Of a stretch of DNA of 59,227 bases, positions 35,668 to 45,035 are shown piece by piece. Below the pieces are notes generated by a model. The model worked only from the letters and a program-made list of their open reading frames with translations. It searched no databases and was not told the DNA's origin. Made by a program: the position numbers and the translations under genes. Position 1 is the first letter of the stretch. Every line of letters begins with the position of its first letter. Source of the DNA: an uncultured Eubacteriales bacterium (GTDB lineage: Bacteria > Acidobacteriota > Aminicenantia > Aminicenantales > Aminicenantaceae); assembly GCA_964477275.1 (NCBI GenBank), contig CAYZDV010000002.1, forward strand, positions 1 through 59,227, given 5' to 3'.

Positions 35668-37188
35668 TTACGAAGCGAAGACGATTTTAAACTCCGTCCC
35701 GTTTTCCCGCCCGACTTCCACAGTCCCATTGAGCTGCTGGATCAGATCCATGACCAGCTTCAATCCCAATGAAGGGGAGCTGCGAAAATCTATCCCTTCA
35801 GGAAGCCCTGTCCCCGTATCTCGCACCGTGAGGGTGGACTTCCCTTTTCTGTCTCGACAGATCTCCACGGAGATTTCTCCTTCTCCGCCTGAGGGGAAAG
35901 CGTGTTTGAGAGAATTGGAGACGAGCTCGGTGACGATCAGGCCGCAGGGAATGGCTTTTTTCAGGTCGAGGGGGACATCCGTGACATTGACTCTGAGCCT
36001 GACATTTTCCGCCCTCTTTCTGTACATGGAAAAAAGATGGGCGGTTAATTTTTTGATGTATTCCGCCAGGTCAACCGAGGCCAGTTCTTGAGATTGATGC
36101 TGCATTTCGTAGAGGATGGCCATCGACTTTATCCGGTCATGGATGTCATCAAAGACTTCCTGGGTTTTCCGGTCAGCGATGCCAGCCGCTTTGATTCTGA
36201 GCAGGCTGGAGATAATCTGCAGGTTGTTTTTGACGCGGTGATGGATTTCCTTGAGAAGGATGTCTTTCTCCTCGAGCGATTTTCGGATTTGTTCGTCGGC
36301 TCGTTTGCGCTCGGTGATATCACGGACATTTCCCAGCACCAGCGTTTGACCTTTGATTTTAACCGGGTATGTTCGGATTTCCACCGCCACTCGAGTGCCG
36401 TTTTTTCTGTTCAAGACAAATTCGTCCGGACCCGTGGGCTTCCGCATAGCATTTTTGACGAGAAGGCGCGCTGCCCTCGGAATATCTTTCGGAGAGAGAA
36501 GATGCAGCTTTAAAAAGCTCTTTCCGACGAGTTCATCTTTTTTATACCCGGTGAGCTGTTCAGCAGCCCTGTTTCCATCTATAAATCTTCCTTTTACGTC
36601 GTTGAGATAATATCCATCAGGAGCGTATTCAAACAGGATTCTGAACCTCTCTTCAGAGTTTCTCAGCGCTTCTTCCGTCTGCCTGCGTTCGGTGATGTCT
36701 TCGACATAGATTCGACTTCCCACCGCCACCTTTCCTTTGAGGATCGGAGAGACCATGACTTCGAGATGCCGGACAGAGCCGTCTTTCTTGAGGCCCCTGA
36801 AGACATAGGTTGCGGGAACGGCCTTCCCTTTGAGGCGGTTTCTATGAAATCCGGTGACCATCTCCACATCGTCAGGGTGGACGAGCGTCTCGATTGCCTG
36901 GTGTCTCATTTGCTCAGGAGGATATCCGTACAGCTCTGCGGCCTTCTGGTTGGCGTAGACGATATTTCCTTCCTTGTCGTCGATCAAAATGGCGATACTG
37001 GCGTTCTCGACCAGATCCCGGTAAGTGTCTTCAGGCACCGAAAATCCGTCCTTTTTTTCCTCATCTTCATTTCCTGGAGCCATGGATCCGGGATTCCTGC
37101 CCGGCGAATTTTTCATGTCAGCCGGGAGTCCACTTCCCGTTTTCTTTTTGTCTCCCATCTCAGACTCCCTATTATACCCTGAAAACAA
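35668..37188 (-). CDS. Cytoplasmic PAS-PAS sensor histidine kinase, HisKA_2 type
   Basis: 506 aa with no TM segment and two PAS modules. The H-box is EIHHRVKNNLQIISSLL, and the HATPase_c motifs are ELVSNSLKHAF and VRDTGTGLP. Confidence 0.88.
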   Translation of the reverse strand: MFSGYNRESEMGDKKKTGSGLPADMKNSPGRNPGSMAPGNEDEEKKDGFSVPEDTYRDLVENASIAILIDDKEGNIVYANQKAAELYGYPPEQMRHQAIETLVHPDDVEMVTGFHRNRLKGKAVPATYVFRGLKKDGSVRHLEVMVSPILKGKVAVGSRIYVEDITERRQTEEALRNSEERFRILFEYAPDGYYLNDVKGRFIDGNRAAEQLTGYKKDELVGKSFLKLHLLSPKDIPRAARLLVKNAMRKPTGPDEFVLNRKNGTRVAVEIRTYPVKIKGQTLVLGNVRDITERKRADEQIRKSLEEKDILLKEIHHRVKNNLQIISSLLRIKAAGIADRKTQEVFDDIHDRIKSMAILYEMQHQSQELASVDLAEYIKKLTAHLFSMYRKRAENVRLRVNVTDVPLDLKKAIPCGLIVTELVSNSLKHAFPSGGEGEISVEICRDRKGKSTLTVRDTGTGLPEGIDFRSSPSLGLKLVMDLIQQLNGTVEVGRENGTEFKIVFAS

Positions 37189-37266
37189 TTCAGAACAATA
37201 TCCATAAGAACGAGATCGTGGTTTTCATTTCAGAAGCGGGCTGTTCCCTCAATGCTGTCTCCAGGC

Positions 37267-39330
37267 CTATCCGGGCTCATTTCGGTCTCCTCGGCTCCGG
37301 GGTTTTCGACCTCGAGGCCCGGTGTTTGCCTTTGATTCATTTTTCATCCGCATCCGGATACGAAAGCAGGTTCCTTTTGTTCTCTCAACCTGGATTTGGC
37401 CGTGAAGCTGCTCTTTGGCGAGGAGGCACACCAGGTGAAGCCCCAGGGAATCCGCCTTCTGAATGTCCACATTCCGGGGAATGCCGACGCCATTGTCGCT
37501 GACGGTCAGTTCAATTTCGGTGTTATTTATGGGACGTGCGGCGATGCGGATTTCCCCTTTTTGCCGGTCCGGGAAAGCATATTTCAGGGAGTTGGTGACC
37601 AGCTCGTTGATGATCAGGCCGCAGGGAACAGCCGTGTTGATGTCCAGAGAGACATCCTTGATGTCGATGTCCACGCGGATTTTTTGCGGGCTGATTCCGT
37701 ATGAGCTGAAGAGGTAAGCGGTCAGGCTCTCCACGTATTCCGCAAAATCGACGCTGGCCAGGTCCCTGGACCGATAGAGCCTTTCGTGGATGAGCGCCAT
37801 GGATTTGATGCGGTCCTGTGTCGTTTTGAATGTCTCCAGTATCTTTTTATTCTTGATTTGCTGGGCCTGAAGGCTGTGAAGGCTGGAGATGATTTGCATG
37901 TTGTTTTTGACCCGGTGATGGATTTCCTGAAGGAGCGTTTCTTTTTCCCTGAGGGAAGCTTTGATCTGTTCCTCCGTGCGTTTGATATCGGTGATGTCGC
38001 GGTAGATGCCGTAGCTGGCAACCTGCGCACCGCCAATCACGATGGGTGCGGCCAGAACATGAACATCGATGGGTGTTCCGTCCTTTTTCTGACGCACAGC
38101 CTCAAAGGAGAGATTCTCTCCTTTGACCACATTTTTTGTGATGGAACAGGCATTTTCCTTAAGGTTTGCAGGAACGATCAGTTCGTCCACGTTCTGGCCG
38201 GCAGCCTCTTCCGGGGTGAAGCCGAACAGCTTCATAAATTCTTTGTTTATCCTCTGGATTCTGCCCTGATTATCTGTCAGGACAATGGCCTCCTGGACAT
38301 TCTCGAAGAGCTGATTGAGGTGGACTTCACTGGCGTGCAGTTCTTGCTCGGCTCGTTTCATTTCCGTGATATCGATCAAGGCGGCCTGGATAGCGGGCCT
38401 GTTCAGGAATGTGATGCGGCTGGCGAACATCTCCATCCACATCACCTCGCCGTCCTTACGGAAGAAGCGGAACTCGTAGTGAGGCGGGACTTTTTTCCCT
38501 TCCAGCCTGGCCTTCATGCGTCCCCAGACCAGCTCCTGATCTTCCGGGTGAACGAGGCTTTTGACTTTTTCAGGCGAAAGAGACAGCAGCTCATCGATCG
38601 TGAAGCCTGAAATTTTGGCCATTGCGGCATTGGCAAACACGATGCGGAAATCCTTGAGGATGACAATCCCCTGGAGCGATTGTTCGACCTGCTCCCGGTA
38701 TTTTCTCTCGCTTTTTCTCAGCTCCTTCTCAATGCGTTTCCGCTGCTGGATTTCTGCTCTCAGGATGCGGTTGAGGGTCAGAAGCTCGGCGGTCCGCTTC
38801 TCCACTCTCTGTTCCAGCTCATTGCGGGCTTGCCGGAGCGCCTCTTCCATTTTTTTCCGGTCCGTGATATCTCGCGCAACCCCCAGAGCTGCCACCACCC
38901 GACCTTCGGAGTCGAATATGGGTGCGGCGTTATTGAGAATATGGAGGTAGGATCCATTCCTCCTTCTATACCTGTATTCCATATTGTCCACTTTCCGGCC
39001 CGCCGTCAATCGAGAAAATCGCTTTTTTACCCTCGCCAGGTCTTCCGGATGAACGAGGTCAAAACCGTTCATCTGCTTGATGATGTTTTCCGGATAGCCG
39101 AGCGTTTCGACCAGAGCCCTGTTCACGAACAGAAAGTTGCCCGTCAGGTCGACGATAAACATCATGTCGGCGGAGGATTCCACAAACAGCCTGAACTTTC
39201 GTTCCGGCTCTTTGATGAGCTGTTCATCATGGAAGCCGTAGATATTGGCGACCTCCATCTCTTTTACGCGCTGACGGAGCCCGGTCAATTCAGCAATGAG
39301 CTCTTCTTTGGATTTTTTCTCATCTTTCAT
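37267..39330 (-). CDS. Cytoplasmic multi-PAS sensor histidine kinase, HisKA_2 type
   Basis: 687 aa with no TM segment and three to four PAS modules separated by coiled-coil linkers. The H-box is EIHHRVKNNMQIISSL, and the HATPase_c motifs are ELVTNSLKYAFP and VSDNGVGIP. Confidence 0.88.
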   Translation of the reverse strand: MKDEKKSKEELIAELTGLRQRVKEMEVANIYGFHDEQLIKEPERKFRLFVESSADMMFIVDLTGNFLFVNRALVETLGYPENIIKQMNGFDLVHPEDLARVKKRFSRLTAGRKVDNMEYRYRRRNGSYLHILNNAAPIFDSEGRVVAALGVARDITDRKKMEEALRQARNELEQRVEKRTAELLTLNRILRAEIQQRKRIEKELRKSERKYREQVEQSLQGIVILKDFRIVFANAAMAKISGFTIDELLSLSPEKVKSLVHPEDQELVWGRMKARLEGKKVPPHYEFRFFRKDGEVMWMEMFASRITFLNRPAIQAALIDITEMKRAEQELHASEVHLNQLFENVQEAIVLTDNQGRIQRINKEFMKLFGFTPEEAAGQNVDELIVPANLKENACSITKNVVKGENLSFEAVRQKKDGTPIDVHVLAAPIVIGGAQVASYGIYRDITDIKRTEEQIKASLREKETLLQEIHHRVKNNMQIISSLHSLQAQQIKNKKILETFKTTQDRIKSMALIHERLYRSRDLASVDFAEYVESLTAYLFSSYGISPQKIRVDIDIKDVSLDINTAVPCGLIINELVTNSLKYAFPDRQKGEIRIAARPINNTEIELTVSDNGVGIPRNVDIQKADSLGLHLVCLLAKEQLHGQIQVERTKGTCFRIRMRMKNESKANTGPRGRKPRSRGDRNEPG

Positions 39331-39440
39331 CTTCCACTCTCCGCAGGCTTTTTTCTCTCCACCTCCAGGGGACCCTTCTGCTGGACCTGCTTATCCATTC
39401 ATCGGAAACTCGTGCATTCCCGTTCTTTGCATTTTGAATT

Positions 39441-40808
39441 TCAGGGCACCTGGAAAGCGAATTTTTTTGTTTGAAAGAGCCGGGTGCAAATATGAACGAC
39501 GGTCGGGTCGTAAAGAATGTTTTTATTCTTGTTGATTTCACTCAGGCTGATTGTGAGTCCGAGGGCCGGTCGGTAAGGACGGGGGGAGGACATGGCCTCG
39601 ACCACATCAGCGACGGCGAGAATCTTGGCCTCCAGGAGTATTTTATCGCCCGGCAGGCCCTGAGGATACCCTGAACCGTTGATTCTCTCATGGTGCTGGT
39701 AGACAATCTGGGCCACCGGATAGGGAAAGTCGACGGATTTCAAAATATTGTGTCCCACCAGAGGGTGCATCTTGATCATTTGGAATTCAATCTCTGAGAG
39801 GAGGGCGGGTTTGATGAGAATCTCGACCGGGATGTTGATCTTTCCCACATCATGGATCAGGCTGGCATAGCGCAGCCCTTCAATCTGCTCTTCGGGAAGG
39901 CCCATCTCCCGGGCGATGGCATAGGCCAGGCTGGTCACTCTCCTTTGATGGCCGACTGTGTAAGGGTCTCTGATCTCCAGGGCAGAGACCAGGGCGTTGA
40001 TCGTCTCCTCGAATGTTTTCCGCAACCTCTCCAGGGTGTTTTTGAGTTTTTCCTCTGCCCGCCTGCGTTGGGTGACATCCCTTATGATTCCGATTTCTTT
40101 CACATTTTTATGATTTCCAATGGTGACGGTATTGGCCTCGATGATCCGGATTCCTTTGTCCCTGGAGATGATACGGAACTCGCTCCCGTGAGGGATTGTC
40201 TCTCCCTTCTGTTTGGCCTTTTCCCTTTCCATGAGCAGCGGGATGTCTTCCGGGTGGACAATATTCCAGAAATTGAATTCGGCGTTGCACAATTCTTCCT
40301 TTCTCAGGCCGGTGAGCCTTTCAAAGGCCGGGTTGACATACTGGAAGCCGTTCAGGGTGCTGATGTAGATGGCGTCGTATGCGTTCTCAGCCAGGCTCCG
40401 GTATTTCTCTTCGCTTTCTTTGAGTTTCTCCTCCATCTCATGCTTGTAGAGAGCGATCTCGATGGCGGTGTGAATGTCCCTGTCCTGGAAGGGCTTGATG
40501 ATATAGCCGAGCGGCTCTGTGACCTTCGCCCGTTCCAGGGTTTTTTTATCGCTATAGGCCGTGAGATAAACGATGGGAGTGTTGAAGCGGCTCTGGATGG
40601 CCTCAGCGGCCTCGATGCCGTCCATTTTGCCGCTCAGGACGATGTCCATCAATACCAGGTCGGGAAGCGTTTTTTCCGCTTTTCGGACCGCATCTTCCCC
40701 GGAGGAGGCGATCCCACAAACCTCATAGCCCAGTTTTGCGAGGCACAACCGGAGGTCCTCGGACACGATGCGTTCATCCTCGACGATCAAAATCCGGGTT
40801 TTATTCAT
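39441..40808 (-). CDS. Response regulator: REC-PAS-HD-GYP (putative c-di-GMP phosphodiesterase)
   Basis: 455 aa with a REC domain ([10 protein letters not shown]...DLVLMDIVL), a PAS domain, and an HD-GYP domain (HDVGKINIP...HHERINGSGYPQGL). Confidence 0.88.
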   Translation of the reverse strand: MNKTRILIVEDERIVSEDLRLCLAKLGYEVCGIASSGEDAVRKAEKTLPDLVLMDIVLSGKMDGIEAAEAIQSRFNTPIVYLTAYSDKKTLERAKVTEPLGYIIKPFQDRDIHTAIEIALYKHEMEEKLKESEEKYRSLAENAYDAIYISTLNGFQYVNPAFERLTGLRKEELCNAEFNFWNIVHPEDIPLLMEREKAKQKGETIPHGSEFRIISRDKGIRIIEANTVTIGNHKNVKEIGIIRDVTQRRRAEEKLKNTLERLRKTFEETINALVSALEIRDPYTVGHQRRVTSLAYAIAREMGLPEEQIEGLRYASLIHDVGKINIPVEILIKPALLSEIEFQMIKMHPLVGHNILKSVDFPYPVAQIVYQHHERINGSGYPQGLPGDKILLEAKILAVADVVEAMSSPRPYRPALGLTISLSEINKNKNILYDPTVVHICTRLFQTKKFAFQVP

Positions 40809-40867
40809 GCTGAGATACCTCTCTGGCGAGATGGGGATTAAAGAATTCCCAATTGAGCCGAAAAACG

Positions 40868-41254
40868 CTACCTCGTTCCATTTTTTATCTGGAGAATACT
40901 GGAAATTTTGGACCTGAGAATCCCTGTTTCAACAGGCTTGACGAGATAATCCTCGCAGTACATTCCTGCGGCCTTGATCTTGGATTCGTCTCCGTTTTTC
41001 GCGGTGAGCATGATCACGGGAATATGGTATGTTTTTTCGTTCTCCTTCAGCTTTTTCAACACTTCAAACCCGTCGAGGCCGGGCATCATGATGTCGAGGA
41101 TAATCAGGTCCGGTTTCTCTTTGAGGGCGGTTCTTATTCCTTTTTTCCCTCTGTTTGACGTGATGACCACGCTGTTGGTGGTGAGCTCCAGGTTTGTTTT
41201 CAGGAAATAGGCGAAATCCTCTTCGTCATCGATAATCAGGATTTTCTTTCTCAT
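40868..41254 (-). CDS. Stand-alone CheY-like receiver protein
   Basis: 128 aa with [27 protein letters not shown] and VIMLTAK. Its start overlaps the upstream kinase gene by 29 nt. Confidence 0.88.
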   Translation of the reverse strand: MRKKILIIDDEEDFAYFLKTNLELTTNSVVITSNRGKKGIRTALKEKPDLIILDIMMPGLDGFEVLKKLKENEKTYHIPVIMLTAKNGDESKIKAAGMYCEDYLVKPVETGILRSKISSILQIKNGTR

Positions 41255-42794
41255 TTATGGTTCCTCCTGTCGATCGCGCCAGGGGCAGAGCGACTCTAAC
41301 AGTCGTCCCTGCTCCTGGCCGGCTTTCGATTTCCAAAGAGCCCTTATGATTGTCGACGATCATCTTTGTCATGAACAAACCGAGGCCCGTTCCTTTTTTA
41401 TCCCTTTTTGTGGAAAAAAATGGTTCGAAGATTTTCGGCAGGTTCTCTTCCGGAATTCCCTCTCCCGTATCCTTGACTTCGATGATACAGAGCGCGCTGT
41501 CCGGGCAAGAAGGGGGACGATTCAATTTGTATGTTTTCACCGAAATCCTTCCGCCTTTTGGCATGGCGTCGATGGCATTCATCAGGAGGTTTAAGAGAAC
41601 CTGGAGCATCTGATTCCTGTCCACATCAACAGAGATGTCTTCTGCTTCGGCCTCGGCCTTGATTTTGATGTTTTTTAAAGGAATCCTGAATTTCAAAAGA
41701 GAAAGAGCTTCATCTATCAAATCTTGCGGCCTGATCCTTTCAGGTGTTGCCCCGGACGAAGGTCTGGCAAACTTTAATAAATCCTGAACGATTGCGTTGG
41801 CTCTGGTGACCGAGTCTTTCATCTTTTTTATGGCGGTTTTCACATCTTCATCGAGATGGGAAAGTTTCATTTCCAGAAATTCTGCCCCGCTCAGGATGAT
41901 TCCGAGGGGATTTTTGATCTCATGGGCCACTCCGGCGGAAAATCTTCCCAGAGCTGCCAGCTTTTCGGACTGGATGAGTTCGTGCTGCGTTTTCTTCAGG
42001 TCCTCATAGGCGTTTTTGAGCTCATCCATTGTTTTCTTTCGTTCTGACATATCCTGAAACACCAGCACCGCACCGGAAATCCCTCGTTTTTCCAGGATGA
42101 TCGGAGCGCAGTTGTGAATGATGGGAATTTTCCTTTTGTTTTTGGTCACAAGCGTTGCTTGATTCGTCGGTTCGCGAGAAATTCCATCGCCGAGCAGCTT
42201 TGATGCGGAGTCCTCAATCGGCTCGCCTGTTTCTTCATTCGTGATCACGAACACCTCTTTCAAAGGCATGCCCTCAGCCTCATCCTGCGTCCATCCGGTT
42301 AAATTTTCTGCTGCGGGGTTCATGAAGATGATGTTTCCCTTTCTGTCGGTGGCGATGACCGCATCGCCGATGCTGTTGAGCGTGGTGGAAAGCCATTCCT
42401 CGCTTTCTCTTAACTTCTTCTCTATTCTGTGCTTGTAGAGGGCGATTTCTATAATGGAGTGCAACTCTCTGTCGTCGAAGGGCTTGATGATGTAGCCAAA
42501 GGGTTCTGTCACTTTGGCTCGTTCCAGAGTCTTATGGTCGGAATAAGCGGTCAGGTAGATGATGGGAGCATCGAGGAGCGAGCGAATTCTCTGGGCGACC
42601 TCCACGCCATCCATCTTCCCTTGAAGGACGATGTCCATCAGCACCAGGTCAGGCTGCGTCTTCTGAGCCTTTGAAATGGCTTCCTCCCCGGAATGGGCTG
42701 TTCCGCAGACCTGGTGGCCGAGCCTCTCCAGGCTCATCTTGATGTCTTCGGCGACGATGCGCTCGTCTTCGACGATGAGAATGTGTTTTTTCAT
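41226..42794 (-). CDS. Hybrid REC-PAS-HisKA-HATPase_c histidine kinase
   Basis: 522 aa with an N-terminal REC and a PAS domain. The classical H-box is [12 protein letters not shown], with an N box [11 protein letters not shown] and a G box VKDTGEGIP...GTGLGL. Confidence 0.88.
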   Translation of the reverse strand: MKKHILIVEDERIVAEDIKMSLERLGHQVCGTAHSGEEAISKAQKTQPDLVLMDIVLQGKMDGVEVAQRIRSLLDAPIIYLTAYSDHKTLERAKVTEPFGYIIKPFDDRELHSIIEIALYKHRIEKKLRESEEWLSTTLNSIGDAVIATDRKGNIIFMNPAAENLTGWTQDEAEGMPLKEVFVITNEETGEPIEDSASKLLGDGISREPTNQATLVTKNKRKIPIIHNCAPIILEKRGISGAVLVFQDMSERKKTMDELKNAYEDLKKTQHELIQSEKLAALGRFSAGVAHEIKNPLGIILSGAEFLEMKLSHLDEDVKTAIKKMKDSVTRANAIVQDLLKFARPSSGATPERIRPQDLIDEALSLLKFRIPLKNIKIKAEAEAEDISVDVDRNQMLQVLLNLLMNAIDAMPKGGRISVKTYKLNRPPSCPDSALCIIEVKDTGEGIPEENLPKIFEPFFSTKRDKKGTGLGLFMTKMIVDNHKGSLEIESRPGAGTTVRVALPLARSTGGTINEKENPDYR

Positions 42795-43279
42795 CAGAGC
42801 TCCCTCTTTTGTGACGACGACACTTCGCTTCCAGATAACGTATTTTTCCGATTGAGTCTGGTCACTGCTTGGGTCTCCTCTGGAGACAGGGCTTTTTCGT
42901 TAGCTCTTTGAGAAGGCCAGTTTTTCCTACATCATTCATTTTTCATGTTACTGGGATAAAGTCCATTCGCGGCCATGGGTGGAACAGGCCGGGATTTGCT
43001 TGCAGAAAAAGCAATAGGAAGTTTATGGTTCTGGCCAATGTGAGAAACAAATGAAGGATATTGAACGGAATAGAATATCCGGGGAAAAATATTATAAAAT
43101 TTTATGTATATATAGAGTTGCATTCTCTTCCCCTCCAGAGATGATTAGTCGTTTAGAGAATGAAAAAATTGAAAATACTTTCGTTTTTGTTGAGTATGAT
43201 GGATAAAATCATTGTGTATAAATTCACGCACACCAGTAGATCTGTCAGACGATGAACGTCTTTTCCGCACACTGACGAA

Positions 43280-43295
43280 ATTCATTTCTCTGAAT
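43280..43295. promoter_or_regulatory. Palindromic operator-like site ATTCA-N6-TGAAT (distal)
   Basis: ATTCATTTCTCTGAAT sits within AAATTCATTTCTCTGAATAAAG. This is a near-repeat of the promoter-proximal site 110 nt downstream. Confidence 0.35.
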
Positions 43296-43380
43296 AAAGT
43301 GAAAGACCGGAGGTGCGGAAGCCCGCGAAGAGGGTTTTCAAAAAAATGCAACGTGCCCTCTACAAAAGCATTTCCGTGCA

Positions 43381-43410
43381 TTGACAAAAATTCATCCTCT
43401 CTGAATAATA
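43381..43410 (+). promoter_or_regulatory. Sigma70-type promoter (TTGACA ... TGAATAAT) with embedded ATTCA-N7-TGAAT operator-like palindrome
   Basis: TTGACA lies at 43381-43386, and a TG-extended AT-rich -10 lies at 43402-43410. The palindrome at 43390-43406 occupies the spacer and -10 region. SD AAAGGAGAG and a GTG start follow at 43433. Confidence 0.45.
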
Positions 43411-43432
43411 GGGAAACGAAAGGAGAGCCGGA

Positions 43433-44998
43433 GTGGCCAGACTCTACGAGTACCAGAGCAAGGAGCTGCTGAAGGACGCGGGGATTCGTGTTCCCGAGGG
43501 AGAGGTGGCTTCCTCTCCTCAGGAGGCGCGCCGGATCGCGGAGAAGCTGGCCAGGCCGGTAGTCCTCAAGATCCAGGTCTGGTTGACCGGAAGAGCTGGC
43601 ATGGGCGGGATCCAGTTTGCCGAATCACCCCGTGAAGCGGAACAGGCCGCCGGCCGGATGCTGGGGATGATTGCCGGCCATTTCGTCATCGACAGGGTTC
43701 TCGTCGAGGAAAAACTCGCCATCCAGTCCGAGTATTTTGCCGGATTGGTCATCGACGATGCCCGGAAGTGCCCTGTCGTCATTTTCAGCTCTGCCGGAGG
43801 GACCGGAATCGAGGACATCGCCCGCCGTCACCCGGAAAAGGTGGTTCGGACGCCGGTCGATGTCTTGACCGGGTTAAGGGATTTTGAGGCCCGAAACCTT
43901 CTCCGGCGAGCCGGAATCCGGGGCCGGCATCTTCTTTCCCTGGCCGATGTCCTGACCAGACTGTATGCGGTTGGCCGCCTCTGGGACGCCCGCTCAGCGG
44001 AGATCAACCCGCTGGCGGTCACCGAAGATGGCACGGTGTATGCCGCTGACTGCCATCTGGCCATCGATGACTATGCGGTCTTCCGCCATCCGGAGCTGGG
44101 AATAGAAGTGGCCAGGGAGTTCGACCGGCCGCCGAGCGAGCTGGAGAAAATCGCCTACCGGGTTGAGGAAAAGGACCACCGGGGAACATTCTATTTCCTG
44201 CAGATGGTCGATGAGGTCCCTCCCGGGGAAAAATTCATCGGGTTTCACGGCGCCGGCGGCGGCGGGTCGATGATGTCCATGGATGCCCTGCTGGCCAGAG
44301 GGTTCAAGCTGGCCGATTACTGTGACACCAGCGGAAATCCTTCGGCGAGCAAGGTCTACCGGGCGGCCAGGATCATCCTCTCCCAGCCGAACATCATCGG
44401 CTATTTTGCCTCAGGCTCAGGCGTGGCCAGCCAGGAACAGTACCACTCCGCCCGGGGCTTGGTCAAGGCTTTCCACGAGGAGAACCTCGGGATTCCGGCC
44501 GTCATCCGGCTCGGCGGGAATTTCGAGGAAAAGGCGATGGAGATTCTGGCCGCTTACCTCAAAGACATTCCGGCCCGGGTGGAAGGATACGGCCGGGATG
44601 ACTCGCCGGAGTTCTGCGCCCGCCGGCTGGAGGAGCTGACCGGGCAGGGAAAAATTGTTCCCCACAAGGTCAGACCTCTCGTCGACCCTGAAGTTTCTCC
44701 GGATGCCTATGCGTTCGAGACGCTGACCGGAAGGCTTTTCATCGACCACCGCCGGTGCCCGAGCTGCAGATCCAGAGGATGCATCGAAGCCTGCGCACCG
44801 CAGATCCTGAAGCTTATGGAGGGAAAGCCTGTGCTGGCGGTCTCCACTGAGGAAGCCAGGAAGGGCCGGTGCACCGAATGCCTGGCCTGTGAAATCTTCT
44901 GCCGGTTTCACGAGCAGGATGCCATCGTCATCCATCTCCCCATTACCGGACTGAAGGAGTACAGGGACAACATCATCGCCAGGCAGAATTCAGAATGA
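43433..44998 (+). CDS. Succinyl-CoA synthetase beta-like ATP-grasp subunit (citryl-CoA synthetase large-subunit-like) with C-terminal ferredoxin-type double Cys motif
   Basis: 521 aa with a SucC-like N-terminus (MARLYEYQSKELLKDAGIRVP) and a divergent CoA-ligase domain (GFHGAGGGGSMMSMD). An added tail carries CPSCRSRGCIEAC and CTECLACEIFC (nt 44756-44902). The start is GTG. Confidence 0.75.
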   Translation: MARLYEYQSKELLKDAGIRVPEGEVASSPQEARRIAEKLARPVVLKIQVWLTGRAGMGGIQFAESPREAEQAAGRMLGMIAGHFVIDRVLVEEKLAIQSEYFAGLVIDDARKCPVVIFSSAGGTGIEDIARRHPEKVVRTPVDVLTGLRDFEARNLLRRAGIRGRHLLSLADVLTRLYAVGRLWDARSAEINPLAVTEDGTVYAADCHLAIDDYAVFRHPELGIEVAREFDRPPSELEKIAYRVEEKDHRGTFYFLQMVDEVPPGEKFIGFHGAGGGGSMMSMDALLARGFKLADYCDTSGNPSASKVYRAARIILSQPNIIGYFASGSGVASQEQYHSARGLVKAFHEENLGIPAVIRLGGNFEEKAMEILAAYLKDIPARVEGYGRDDSPEFCARRLEELTGQGKIVPHKVRPLVDPEVSPDAYAFETLTGRLFIDHRRCPSCRSRGCIEACAPQILKLMEGKPVLAVSTEEARKGRCTECLACEIFCRFHEQDAIVIHLPITGLKEYRDNIIARQNSE

Positions 44999-45035
44999 AT
45001 TTCTTTTTTGGCCGATGACAGGAACAGAGGATTAA

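Noticed and set aside
43145-43472. 80-aa (-) and 86-aa (+) ORFs in the AT-rich region upstream of the SucC-like gene
   Set aside because: They overlap each other and the promoter/operator region, have no ribosome-binding sites, and have composition driven by AT-rich DNA.
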